Part shown: positions 32,795-44,600 of the stretch, one piece after another
How the letters are laid out: the number at the start of each line of letters is the position of its first letter
Position numbering within the stretch: the stretch's first letter is position 1
From: Eledone cirrhosa
Taxonomy: Eukaryota
Reading direction: 5' to 3'
DNA: 64,000 nt
Assembly: GCA_964016885.1 (NCBI GenBank)
Contig: OZ024740.1
Location: forward strand, 2,232,001-2,296,000
Notes under the pieces: model-generated
The model's input: the letters and a program-made list of their open reading frames with translations, nothing else
Told to the model about the DNA's origin: nothing
The model's database searches: none
Translations under genes and position numbers: made by a program

Positions 32795-33772
32795 GCTCAT
32801 TCCAGTGCACAGATGGTTCTATAGAAATAGTGGACACCTTCCGTTACCTGGGTGACAAAATCAGCAGTGGGGGAGGGTGCTCTGAAAGTACAGTAGCCAG
32901 AGTCAGAACGGGATGGAAAAAGTTCAGAGAGCTTAAACCACTATTGGCCACTAAAGGGTTCTCTCTAAAAATGAAAGGCAGGCTGTATGATGCCTGCATA
33001 CGAACAGCAATGTTACATGGCAGTGAGACCTGGGCATTGTGTGCAGAGGATCTACGCAGACTGGAGAGGAACGAAGCTTGCATGCTCCGCTGGATGTGTA
33101 ATAGGAATAAACGTGAACGGCAAAGCATAAATGAACTAAGGGATAAATTAGGAATAAGAGGGATCAGATGTTTACTCGAGAGAAGGCTACGTTGGTATGG
33201 TCACGTGATGCGCATGAAAGACGACAGCTGTATAAAAAAGTGCAGGGCAATAAAAATAGACGGTAGCCACGGTGTAGGCAGAACCAGAAAAACCTGGGAC
33301 GACTTGATAAATTCCGACCTCACACACTTACACCTCTCCAAGACAATGTCACTGGAGCGAGATCTTTGGCGCTACACAGTAATAGAGAAGACCCGCCTTA
33401 CCTAAGTACAAAGTGAAACCTACTACAGTCAGTAGGCACCTCTAACAAAATACACCCCCGTCCCACTACCCCCACCCCATCCAATGTAAAGTTATGTTGG
33501 TACCACAACATCCAGTCCGAAACAAATGAGGTCGTGTAGGTGTCACGACAAAAAAACACACAGTCCACGCTGTAATGTGGCCGGGTAGGTAACACGGTAA
33601 AAACCTCCCAGTCCACACTGTAAACGTGGTTGGTGTTAGGAAGGGCATCCAGCCGTAGAAAACCCACCAGACAGTCCTATGTGAGCAAGACAACCATTCT
33701 TGCCTCAAGTGGGAAAACTCCCGTCCAAACCCATGCAAGCGTGGAAGATGGACGTTAAACGATGATGATGAT
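32795..33772 (+). mobile_element. 5'-truncated RTE LINE, (GAT)n tail
   Basis: ORF 32830-33405; close to 5503-6500 and 21910-22912. Confidence 0.92.
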
Positions 33773-34825
33773 AGATATATGAAAAAGATATCGTTTTTAC
33801 AAAAACAATATAAAAAATTGGAAATCTAAGTGGAATACAGCTCAAAATACAGTAATTTGTTATAATAAACAGTACAAAAGTCCAATGTTTCATACTTTTT
33901 TGAAAGATTTTTTTCAAACAACCATGTGTACAAAATCCTATTGTGTTAAAAATAATAATTACGCATGAAACAAATTATTCGTTAAAGAAAAAAATATATA
34001 TATTCGTTTTTGAATTTCTTTTGCAAGATTTCTTATCTGAAAATGTGTGTTGAAATAGATATTGTTATGGGAGGGTCATGTTGCCAATAAAAACACATGC
34101 ATCTGTTGGTTTTCACTTCAATTTATTATAAATTTCCAGTTGGTTGGATAACCAGAAGGTTGTTTATATATTGTCAAAGCTCTTTCGTTACACAATCTGT
34201 GACCTCCTCAGTGACTAGGTTTTTATTTTGTGTGTCTCTCCTTTGTTCTGTCCTACACCATCTTGTTATCAAAATCATATCAAAATCTGATAGATTCAAT
34301 ATTATGTGAGATAATTATGTGAGGTAAAAGTGTTTGCCATGAAAATACAATAGTAAATATAGACTAATGTAAATGCTAAAGGGTTTACAAACCCATTTTT
34401 TGATATTTTCTACTAAATTATTAAAAGATGCTAAAAGTTAAAAACTAAAGTCTTTACTTTAGATTAATGAAAAAGATTAATGAACTGTCCACTATTCACA
34501 TTTGAATTAACAAATCTGTCTTTAGATATTTGCTGCTCAGTACAGGATGTCAAGAGTTCAACTGAACTGATACTCCAGTAAATCTCAAGAAACTATGCAG
34601 TTCATATTCTTGAAATTTCAATCAATCCACAAATTTGCTGCTCATCTTTAGTTTCTGTGGCATTAAGTAAATGAGAAATATGTCTCCACATGGATAAGAA
34701 GTTGGTCTATTATTTTTCCTCTTAGTATATTGTCCTTTTATAATCATATAACAAATATATAAGATTAAATAGAAGTACATACATGTAATCAATTAATTAT
34801 TGCTAGGAACCGTATACATATTATA

Positions 34826-35138
34826 TTGGCCTTGCAATCGAAAGGTTGTGAGTTCAATTCTCAGACTGGGTGATGTGTTGTTTCCTTGAGCAAGACACTT
34901 TATTTCACATTGCTCCAGTTTACTCAGCTGTAGAAATGAAATGATAGGGACTGGGGTCCCTATCATTCCACTGTAAAGTGGACGTGTAGGCGCCACAGAA
35001 AAAAAAAAAAAGCACCCAGCACTCACTGTAAATGAGGTTGGTGTTAGGAAGGGCATCCAGCTGTAGAAATCAAGCCAAAATCAGTTCCCGTCCCACCCTG
35101 GCAAGCAGGGAAAAGCGGATGTAAAATGATGATGATGA
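34826..35138 (+). mobile_element. tRNA-headed SINE with RTE tail (5'-truncated)
   Basis: Reverse complement of 9520-9835. Confidence 0.85.
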
Positions 35139-35584
35139 AACATATTATTGCTAGGAACCTTATAAATATTATAAAATGGTTTTAAATAATATAGTATTTA
35201 AGTAAAGGTGCATGATCTAGCAGTAAGGGTGTTGTGCTCATGCTCATAATATTGTGGGTTCAATCCCTGGATTAGGTAGCACATTATATTCTCCATTACC
35301 CATTTCTCTAGTCTACTCAGCTGTAGAACGAGTACCACCTAGATATGAAGTTGATCTGTTGCATGTATTAATTGAAATATTTTGATGTGGCACAAAAAGT
35401 TGAGGAATATACAAATTTTGTATGATCCTGTAACTCCTGAGGGGCACTGTAGTAATGTATGGTGTTTCGAGGGAATTTTAAGCCTGGTGGAGTCCATCCC
35501 TTTTCAGGTCTGAATACAGTAGATTTCTTTAGAGAAAGATAGAAAGTGAGAAAGAGGAGATGAGAATGAGATATAGAGGAAGAA

Positions 35585-35890
35585 TCTACCCCAGTACTAG
35601 AGTGTTTTTTTTTTATCAATCTTGAAAGGATAAAAGGCAAAGTTGACCTCAGCGGGATTTGAACTCAGAGAGCAGAGAGCCAGAATAACAGAAAGCATTT
35701 TATCTGACATTCTAACAACTCTGCCAATTTGCTGCTTATAATTACAAATAGCTTTAGTGAAAGAAAACTTTTGGTTCTTTACATTCTGAGTTCAATCTCA
35801 TTGTAGTCTACTTTCATCTTTCTGGAGGGAGAGAGATAAAGTTGCAGTCAAATTTCCCCTCATCCAAACCGCTAGCTTTGTGCCAAAATT
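35585..35890. mobile_element. Two decayed copies of the SINE family seen at 37420 (opposite orientations)
   Basis: GGCAAAGTTGACCTCAGCGGGATTTGAACTCAGA (minus) and TTCTGAGTTCAA...CTTTCATC...GATAAA (plus). Confidence 0.55.
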
Positions 35891-35899
35891 ATTATTATA

Positions 35900-36269
35900 T
35901 CTATATATTAATACGCTTGTACCTACGTACCGTACGTCCGACCGTGTGTGTCACGCTTTCAGTAATTAGAAGAAGCGCAGATCATGACAGAAGAAATAAC
36001 ATGAATCCAGAGGAGAGAGAGGCTTATCTACAGAATAGAAGAAACGTAGATCACGATAGAAGAATTAACATGAATCCAGAAGAGAGAGAATTTTATCTTG
36101 AGAATATGAGAAACAGAGTTCAATAGCGACGAAATGCCATAAGGAAAATATAATTGTTTATTCATCAAAATACTGCAAATCAAACAACTTTGATTAACTG
36201 ATAAATATTCATTGGCCAATATTTAAATTTCAAAAATTATCTGTGAATTTCTTTTACAGGTCCAGCTAG
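35900..36269 (+). mobile_element. Non-autonomous Helitron
   Basis: Inserted between A and T; starts TC(TATATATTAATACG); subterminal hairpin CTGTGAA-tttct-TTTACAG; ends CTAG. Internal duplicated NMNPEERExYLxNxRN peptide repeat. Confidence 0.7.
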
Positions 36270-36274
36270 TTATT

Positions 36275-36925
36275 ATGGTTCATTTTTGTAAATCTCAGAC
36301 ACTTGGATGTTAAATGATCTGGATATTTCAGTTAGGGAGCAGTCAACAACAAGTTGACAAAGGTCCCTCACTGCACCCTCTCCTGTATCTTACATAGACA
36401 AGACTTGCCTTAAAATTCTTGCTGTACCAAGAAATGCTGTCTTCTGTATGACCTGCAACCTTGCATTAATTCTGATTCTATTTACACAGTCCACAAAACT
36501 GTCTGATATACACTCCAATACTCTGATCACCACTGGAATCATTAAAACAACTTTCTAACTTCCTCCTTCAGTGACTCATACTTTTCATTCTCTTTCACTC
36601 CACTATCTTCTCAGACAGATATATCAATAATTTGAGCCTCTTTCTTATTCTTGTTCACAACTTCTTATTCTTCTTCCCTCAATCATTCTATCACATTCAA
36701 TAGTGAAGTCCCACAAAAGCATAAATTTGTTATTCCCTAACACCTTTCTGGTCTCTGTTCATACCATTTAGTTACTCTGATAAACCCACATCTCTCAGAT
36801 ATCATCCAATGGATATATCTGGTAACATTATCATGTTATCTTTCGTACTCTCACTGTACCAACTTAACACATTTGTTTACAATATGGCTGACTGTCTCTC
36901 CTTTTGTGCCACACATTCTACATAG
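36275..36925 (-). mobile_element. Decayed R4/Dong-like (RLE) LINE 3' fragment
   Basis: CRMCGTKGETVSHIVNKC knuckle, then EYER*HDNV and LLWDF; stops present. Confidence 0.75.
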
Positions 36926-36989
36926 TAATAATAGTTATTATTATTCTTGGAGTCTCAGTCATTGATGTTATTTAACTGGAAAGTTTGTT

Positions 36990-37401
36990 CAAATGAACAT
37001 CAAGCCACTACCTGCAACCGCTGGTATTGTAACGGCCTTGAGGTGCCACATTTTTTCGATTTCAATAAGCAGATCTTTATATTTTCTTAGCTTGTCAAAT
37101 TCTTTTGCCATGATATTGTAATCACATGGGATGCTCATATCAATCAGTAAACAGACCTTGTTATGTTGGTCTTTTACAATGATATCTGGTCTATTAGCTT
37201 TTATGGTCCGGTCAGTATGTACAGGAAAGTCCCAAAGAATTGTTACTTTTTCTCCTTCAGTTACAGCCTCAGGGTAACGATTGTAATACTTGTCAGCAGC
37301 TTTGATTTTATAATGCCGACATATTACCCAGTGTAGATTTTGGCCAACTCTGTCATGTCTATATTTGTACTCTACTGAGGCTAAAACTTTACATCCAGAA
37401 A
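36990..37401 (-). mobile_element. R4/Dong-like LINE fragment, restriction-like endonuclease
   Basis: YKYRHDRVG...ILWDF...NRPDIIV...LLIDMSIP...KEFDKLRKYKDL (PD-D-K); abuts (ATT)n. Confidence 0.85.
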
Positions 37402-37419
37402 CTATTATTATTATTATTA

Positions 37420-37607
37420 GGGCGGTGGATTGGCAGTATCGGTAGAGGGTCGGACGCCATGCTTTGCAGCATAGAGTTACCTCTCTTTATGATCTGAGTT
37501 CAAATCCCGCCGAGGTTGACTTTGCCTTTCATCCTTACGGGGTCGATAAAATAAAGTACCAGTAATGCACTGGGTAATTGCTGGCCTTGTGCCTAAAGTA
37601 GAGACAA
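37420..37607 (+). mobile_element. tRNA-derived SINE (family B)
   Basis: A-box-like TGGCAGTATCGG, B-box GAGTTCAAATC, body GGGTCGATAAAATAAAGTACCAG, (ATT)n tail. Confidence 0.8.
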
Positions 37608-37623
37608 TTATTATTATTATTAT

Positions 37624-40043
37624 GGTGGATTGGCAGAATCGGTAGAGTGTCTGACGCCATGTTAGGGTGGTGGATTGGCAGTATTGGTAGAGTGTCTGAC
37701 GCCATGTTAGGGTGGTGGATTGCCAGTATTGGTAGAGTGTCTGACACCATGTTAGGGTGGTGGATTGCCAGAATCGGTAGAGTGTCTGACACCATGTTAG
37801 GGTGGTGGATTGCCAGTATTGGTAGAGTGTCTGACACCATGTTAGGGTGGTGGATTGCCAGTATTGGTAGAGTGTCTGACACCATGTTAGGGTGGTGGAT
37901 TGCCAGTATTGGTAGAGTGTCGAACGCCATGTTAGGGTGGTGGATTGCCAGTATTGGTAGAGTGTCTGACGCCATGTTAGGGTGGTGGATTGGCAGTATT
38001 GGTAGAGTGTCTGACGCCATGTTAGGGTGGTGGATTGCCAGTATTGGTAGAGTGTCTGACGCCATGTTAGGGTGGTGGATTGCCAGTATTGGTAGAGTGT
38101 CTGACACCATGTTAGGGTGGTGGATTGCCAGTATTGGTAGAGTGTCTGACACCATGTTAGGGTGGTGGATTGCCAGTATTGGTAGAGTGTCTGACACCAT
38201 GTTAGGGTGGTGGATTGCCAGTATTGGTAGAGTGTCTGACGCCATGTTAGGGTGGTGGATTGGCAGTATTGGTAGAGTGTCTGACGCCATGTTAGGGTGG
38301 TGGATTGCCAGTATTGGTAGAGTGTCTGACACCATGTTAGGGTGGTGGATTGCCAGTATTGGTAGAGTGTCGAACGCCATGTTAGGGTGGTGGATTGCCA
38401 GTATTGGTAGAGTGTCTGACGCCATGTTAGGGTGGTGGATTGCCAGTATTGGTAGAGTGTCTGACGCCATGTTAGGGTGGTGGATTGCCAGTATTGGTAG
38501 AGTGTCTGACGCCATGTTAGGGTGGTGGATTGGTAGTATTGGTAGAGTGTCTGACGCCATGTTAGGGTGGTGGATTGCCAGTATTGGTAGAGTGTCTGAC
38601 ACCATGTTAGGGTGGTGGATTGCCAGTATTGGTAGAGTGTCTGACACCATGTTAGGGTGGTGGATTGCCAGTATTGGTAGAGTGTCTGACACCATGTTAG
38701 GGTGGTGGATTGCCAGTATTGGTAGAGTGTCTGACACCATGTTAGGGTGGTGGATTGCCAGTATTGGTAGAGTGTCTGACACCATGTTAGGGTGGTGGAT
38801 TGCCAGTATTGGTAGAGTGTCTGACACCATGTTAGGGTGGTGGATTGCCAGTATTGGTAGAGTGTCTGACGCCATGTTAGGGTGGTGGATTGCCAGTATT
38901 GGTAGAGTGTCTGACGCCATGTTAGGGTGGTGGATTGGTAGTATTGGTAGAGTGTCTGACGCCATGTTAGGGTGGTGGATTGCCAGTATTGGTAGAGTGT
39001 CTGACACCATGTTAGGGTGGTGGATTGCCAGTATTGGTAGAGTGTCTGACACCATGTTAGGGTGGTGGATTGCCAGTATTGGTAGAGTGTCTGACACCAT
39101 GTTAGGGTGGTGGATTGCCAGTATTGGTAGAGTGTCTGACGCCATGTTAGGGTGGTGGATTGGTAGTATTGGTAGAGTGTCTGACGCCATGTTAGGGTGG
39201 TGGATTGCCAGTATTGGTAGAGGGTCTGACGCCATGTTAGGGTGGTGGATTGCCAGTATTGGTAGAGTGTCTGACGCCATGTTAGGGTGGTGGATTGGCA
39301 GTATTGGTAGAGTGTCTGACGCCATGTTAGGGTGGTGGATTGGCAGTATTGGTAGAGTGTCTGACGCCATGTTAGGGTGGTGGATTGCCAGTATTGGTAG
39401 AGTGTCGAACGCCATGTTAGGGTGGTGGATTGCCAGTATTGGTAGAGTGTCTGACACCATGTTAGGGTGGTGGATTGCCAGTATTGGTAGAGTGTCGAAC
39501 GCCATGTTAGGGTGGTGGATTGCCAGTATTGGTAGAGTGTCTGACACCATGTTAGGGTGGTGGATTGCCAGTATTGGTAGAGTGTCTGACGCCATGTTAG
39601 GGTGGTGGATTGCCAGTATTGGTAGAGTGTCTGACGCCATGTTAGGGTGGTGGATTGCCAGTATTGGTAGAGTGTCTGACGCCATGTTAGGGTGGTGGAT
39701 TGCCAGTATTGGTAGAGTGTCTGACGCCATGTTAGGGTGGTGGATTGCCAGTATTGGTAGAGTGTCTGACGCCATGTTAGGGTGGTGGATTGCCAGTATT
39801 GGTAGAGTGTCGAACGCCATGTTAGGGTGGTGGATTGCCAGTATTGGTAGAGTGTCTGACACCATGTTAGGGTGGTGGATTGCCAGTATTGGTAGAGTGT
39901 CTGACGCCATGTTAGGTGGTGGATTGCCAGTATTGGTAGAGTGTCTGACGCCATGTTAGGGTGGTGGATTGCCAGTATTGGTAGAGTGTCTGACACCATG
40001 TTAGGGTGGTGGATTGCCAGTATTGGTAGAGTGTCAACCGCCA
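37624..40043 (+). repeat. 45-bp minisatellite, about 53-54 copies, derived from the 5' head of SINE family B
   Basis: Unit GGTGGTGGATTGCCAGTATTGGTAGAGTGTCTGAC(G/A)CCATGTTAG matches 37421-37463; the last unit runs into the SINE body. Confidence 0.95.
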
Positions 40044-40228
40044 TGCTCTGCAGCATAGAGTTACGGCTTTTTATGATCTGAGTTCAAATCTCGCCAAGGT
40101 TAACTTTGTCCTTCATCCTTATGGGGTCAATAAAATAAAGTACCAGTCACGCACTGGGGTCGATTTAATTGACTTTTCCCTCCCCCCAAATTACTGGCCT
40201 TGTGCCTATATAAGAAACCATTATTATT
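40005..40228 (+). mobile_element. SINE family B copy terminating the 45-bp array
   Basis: CCATGCTCTGCAGCATAGAGTTAC...GAGTTCAAATC...AAATAAAGTACCAG...GGCCTTGTGCC, as in 37458-37607. Confidence 0.85.
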
Positions 40229-40229
40229 T

Positions 40230-41225
40230 GTTTTCACAATGAACATCTTATTATCAATGGCTTATTTGACTCCCAAACAAGTTATATAACCTCAAATAGA
40301 CAGTACTTTTCATAGGATATTTGCTGTTCCCAAAACTGTTGTTTTTTGTAATGTCATAATGCTGGGGCTGATTCCAATTCTATCAAAGTTTTTCTGGAGG
40401 TTCTCTGTCACCGACCCAAGTATTCCAGTTCCAACCACTTTTATATTCCACATCTATTCTCAAGTCTCCATACTTTACAATTTTCTCATTTTCTTTACCA
40501 TTGATGTAATGGTTTCCTGGGCAATCTACATTGATCAACAAATACCTCCTTTCAGCACCTTTCTCCATAAAAATTATGTCTGAATGTGGAACTATGTCAA
40601 AGGCTTTCTTAAAGTTTATCCAAGCCATGCATAAATTCTTTAGATGTCTTCTGCAGTTACACATGATTGCCTTGTCAACAACAAGATGGTCTTTGGTTCC
40701 CTGGGAATTTTTTCCTACATCCCTTCTGCTCAACATGTAGCATCTCAGCCTTAAGCAAGGGATTATACACATTTGCGACAAAGATGCCAGTCAACAGCTT
40801 CGAAAGCAAATTCAAGCAAGCAATCGGCCTGTAATTTCCAACTAACGAACCTTTCCTTTTATCCTTGTCTTTTCTTTAACCATCCAACTTGGAACTTCTC
40901 CTTGTACTACAAAATCATTTAAGTGCTTCCCTATCCTTGAATGAACACTTTTAAATCTTTTCAACCAGATTCCTTGGATCCCATCCATCCAGGAGATTAT
41001 CAGTTTGGCATTTTCCTAACTTCTACATGAACATCTTCCTTTGAAATTCTTTCCCCATCTGTTTTGGTCCATTACATAATTTATGTTCAACTTCATTTAT
41101 CCATCTCACATCTTTGTTATACTCTTTTGCAATCCCTCATGGATTTGACCAAAATGGGGAGGCTTCTTCAGCATTAGGTGCAACTGCTGCACCAATTCCC
41201 CCTAACAGTGTTCTAAAGAATATTT
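40230..41225 (-). mobile_element. Internally deleted R4/Dong-like LINE remnant
   Basis: NYRPIACL, GTKDHLVVDK...MAWINFKKAFDIVPHS fused to an RLE-like segment (LLINVDCP...KENEKIVKY). Confidence 0.7.
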
Positions 41226-41229
41226 CCAT

Positions 41230-41452
41230 CCACACCACCACTACCACCACTATCATCACAACAACCAGCCACACCACCACCACCACAACCACCACCATCA
41301 TTACAACAACCAGCCACACCACCACAACAACAACCAGCCACACCACCACAACAACCAACCAGACCACCACCACCACCAACCAGCCACACCACCACCAACC
41401 AGCCACACCACCACCAACCAGCCACACCACCACCACCACCATCATCATCATC
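41230..41452. repeat. (CAC/CAA)n low-complexity tract
   Basis: Read directly. Confidence 0.9.
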
Positions 41453-41632
41453 ACTATTCTTTTATTGGTGTTAGTCATTGGACTGTGGTCACTGTTTTAA
41501 TAAGTATTTAATTATATTAACCCCAGTATTTCTTTCTTAAGTCTTTGACTTCTTTTATCAATCTTTGTTTGTCGAACTGCTACGTTACAGGATATATAAA
41601 CAAACAACAACATAAATGCAGATACACAGACA

Positions 41633-44600
41633 AATTTCTGTTTATTTGCCACGAGTTTACATAAAGATCGAGTAAGAAAAATATAACAAACAAAATAGTA
41701 ACAAGAAGGTCCTCAATAGGGAGGGATTGTTTTGGGGTTACACACACCCCCGAAAAAAAGTGTGCGACCCTTCTCCACAGGAGCACAAAGAGAGCGTGCT
41801 CCCTTCTTCCTGTTCCACCTACAGGCTGAGGTAGAGAGAAGGCCCATTCACACGGGCCATTCTCGCAACTTTCACCCACCTTTCATAAAACTGGCTGGAG
41901 TGGAGCACCTCTCTCTCCATCCTGATCCTTCTTCCGAAATGGTATCGGAAGAAAAGGACCAGTTGTTAGCCGGAGAGAAAGGTGTCCGACCTCAGCCCTT
42001 TCAGACGCGTCCACCATACAACCTCTTTTACCATGGCTATTACACAGAGGAAGACCGCCTCTCCTTCATTTTTGAAGGGGGGAGGCGGCTTGATCGTTAC
42101 AATGGACTCGGTGGTCAACCTAATTGGTCCCACCCGTGACAGCAGTTGTTCAACATAGCCCCACAGATCGGCAACGCCCGGGCAGTGCACCAATGCGTGC
42201 GCGACGGTTTCCTCGTCGCGCACGCATCAGGGACAGATCTTTTTCGAGGGGTCCCTACCCGGGCGCCCGTGTCTGTAGAGCTTATCCCGAACGGGCAGAG
42301 CCCCTCGGTAGCACTGCCAGGCCAAGGACTTCTGGAAGTTGTCCATAGGTCCCGGGCCGAAAGTCCTACCGAATAGACTGGCCAGTTCGTCCTCTTCCAT
42401 GCCTAGGGTTTCTCCGAGGGCGTCTTCGCACCCGCTAACCACCAGCGCTCTATAGAATGACGAGGTGGAGTCTCCGTCGATAGCCGGGTCCGCCTGCCAG
42501 AGAGCCGTGAGCGCCTGGGCACACTCGGTGTGCCAGTCGCCCAGTTTTTTCAGTCTTTGCTTCACCCAGGACTGCAGCTCGGTGAGCGAGACGAGCCTCG
42601 GGAAGGCTCTCCTCACAAACGGGGCCCACACCGGTTGACCGGTGAGGAATACCTGGAGGTGCCTTAGCCTCAATGCGTGTTTACGCATTTTTAGCCACGG
42701 CATCCCCAGCCCTCCTTTCAAAGGGTGTTGACAGCAGATGGATCTCCTCACCAGAGGAGACCTCTTCTTCCAAAGGAAATAAAAGAGGGCGCGCTCCATT
42801 TTGGCGAGGATCTCACCCGGGCAAGGCACGACAGTCAAGCGGTAATAGATGACGGACGATATGTAAGCGTTCGCCACCTCCACCCGACCTTTCAGGGATA
42901 GTTTGCACTCGGCCCACTTCTGGGTCAGTGCAAACACCCCATTCGTCACCTCACTCCAGTTTTTCTCCACCTGGAGGTCCGGTCCGAACCAGACCCCAAG
43001 CAACTTCACCGGGCCCTCCGTCCACCGATACCGTCGCACGACATCGCTTTGCCCCTCCACTCGCCGAGTTGCAAAGCGACTGACTTGTCCCGGTTCAGCT
43101 TAGCCCCTGTCAACCTTTCGTACTCCTCCAGTAAGGTGCCGATTGCCTCGATTTCCGAGGTGGTCGACACCATTACTGTTACGTCATCGGCGTAGGCCGA
43201 CACCGCTTTGCGCAATCCCGGTTCCAAAGGGATGCCCTGCAACAACTCCAACTTCCGCAGTAGTGGCTCGAGAGCCAATATATACAGAAGGGAGGAGAGA
43301 GGGCACCCCTGTCGGATGGAGCGGGTGATTTCAAACGGCTCCGAAAGGTAGCCGTTCACCTTGACTCTAGAGCAGATGCGGCTGCTGTGTATGGCAGTGA
43401 TCCAGCCTCTGAAAACGGGTCCGAACCCAGCCGCCGCTAGCACCGCATCCAGGTAACCATGGTCCACCCTATCGAACGCTTTAGACTGATCTAAATTTAT
43501 CAGGGCCCCACCAAAGCTGGGTTCGTTCCCAACCCTCTCTATGATGTATCGCATGAGGTGGAGGTTGTCGTGGATGGACCTGGACGGGATAGCGCATGTC
43601 TGTGCATCTCCACCAGGCCCCCCACGACAAGCGCCAACCTCTTCGCTAACACCTTGGCCAAAATCTTTAACTCTGCATTTAGCAGAGTTATGGGCCTAAA
43701 ATTACTAATGTCATCCCCCTTGTTCTCGTCCTTCCTCACTAGTGAGACTACGCCCTTGGTCACAGAACAGGGAATTCTCCCGTTCTGTTGCCAGTTGCAG
43801 TAGACCGCCTCGAGGAGATCGGGGAACAAGTCCGGCATATTAATATATAGTTCGTAGGGCAGACCATCGAGCCCTGGAGATTTGCGTTTGCCGCATAGGC
43901 TCAGCACGTCCCCTATTTCAGCAGCTGAGATCGGCCCGTCGCAGGACCTCGCTTCCTCGTCCGAAAGACACGGCAGGCCGTCGAGGTATGGACCGAAGTC
44001 CACATCCCCAACCGGCCCCCCGCCCCTCCCGAACAATCGGGCAAAGTGCCTTTGAAAGGCCTCGCACATTTGCTTAGGTTCAAGGATCAACCGTCCATCC
44101 TGGTCTCGCAAAGACCGGATAGTGGATTTAATCCCACTTTTCGCTTCTGTCACGCAGGCCCAGCTAACAGCTTTGGTCCCCTCGTTTCCCAGAGCACGTA
44201 TTTTGCTTTGGACAACGCAGCCTTCGTGTTTTGCGTCGAAGAACTGGTTCAAGACCGTTCTCGACGCTTGCACTCTGGCCACGTTGCCGCTTCTCATTGC
44301 CTCTTCTTCAACATTAACTACCAACTCCCTTTCCTTCCTATTTCTATCTGAGGCTAACTCCTTACTAACTCCTATTGAAACTACTCTAATCTCTCTTTTT
44401 AGAGAGCCCCACCACCTGCTGTTGACGATGGCGCCCGTCAACCGCTCCTTAACTAAGGTTCTAATCCGGTCCCTGTAAGCTCTACTTGCCGGTAAGGACA
44501 AGTTGAGCTTCCAGTAACCGGGCCCCTGCCTATGCGTTCTATCAAGGTGGACTATGCAGGTCACTAACTTGTGGTCTGAATAGCCCACCATGAGCATTTC

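Noticed and set aside
37624-40043. Interstitial telomere
   Set aside because: Only one TTAGGG per 45-bp unit, formed at the junction; no tandem hexamers.
37477-40056. Three overlapping ORFs of 770-859 aa with 15-aa repeats, or a CRISPR-like array
   Set aside because: The 45-bp unit simply lacks stops in three frames. There are no unique spacers, the unit is SINE-derived, and a 1-bp deletion near 39915 breaks the frames.
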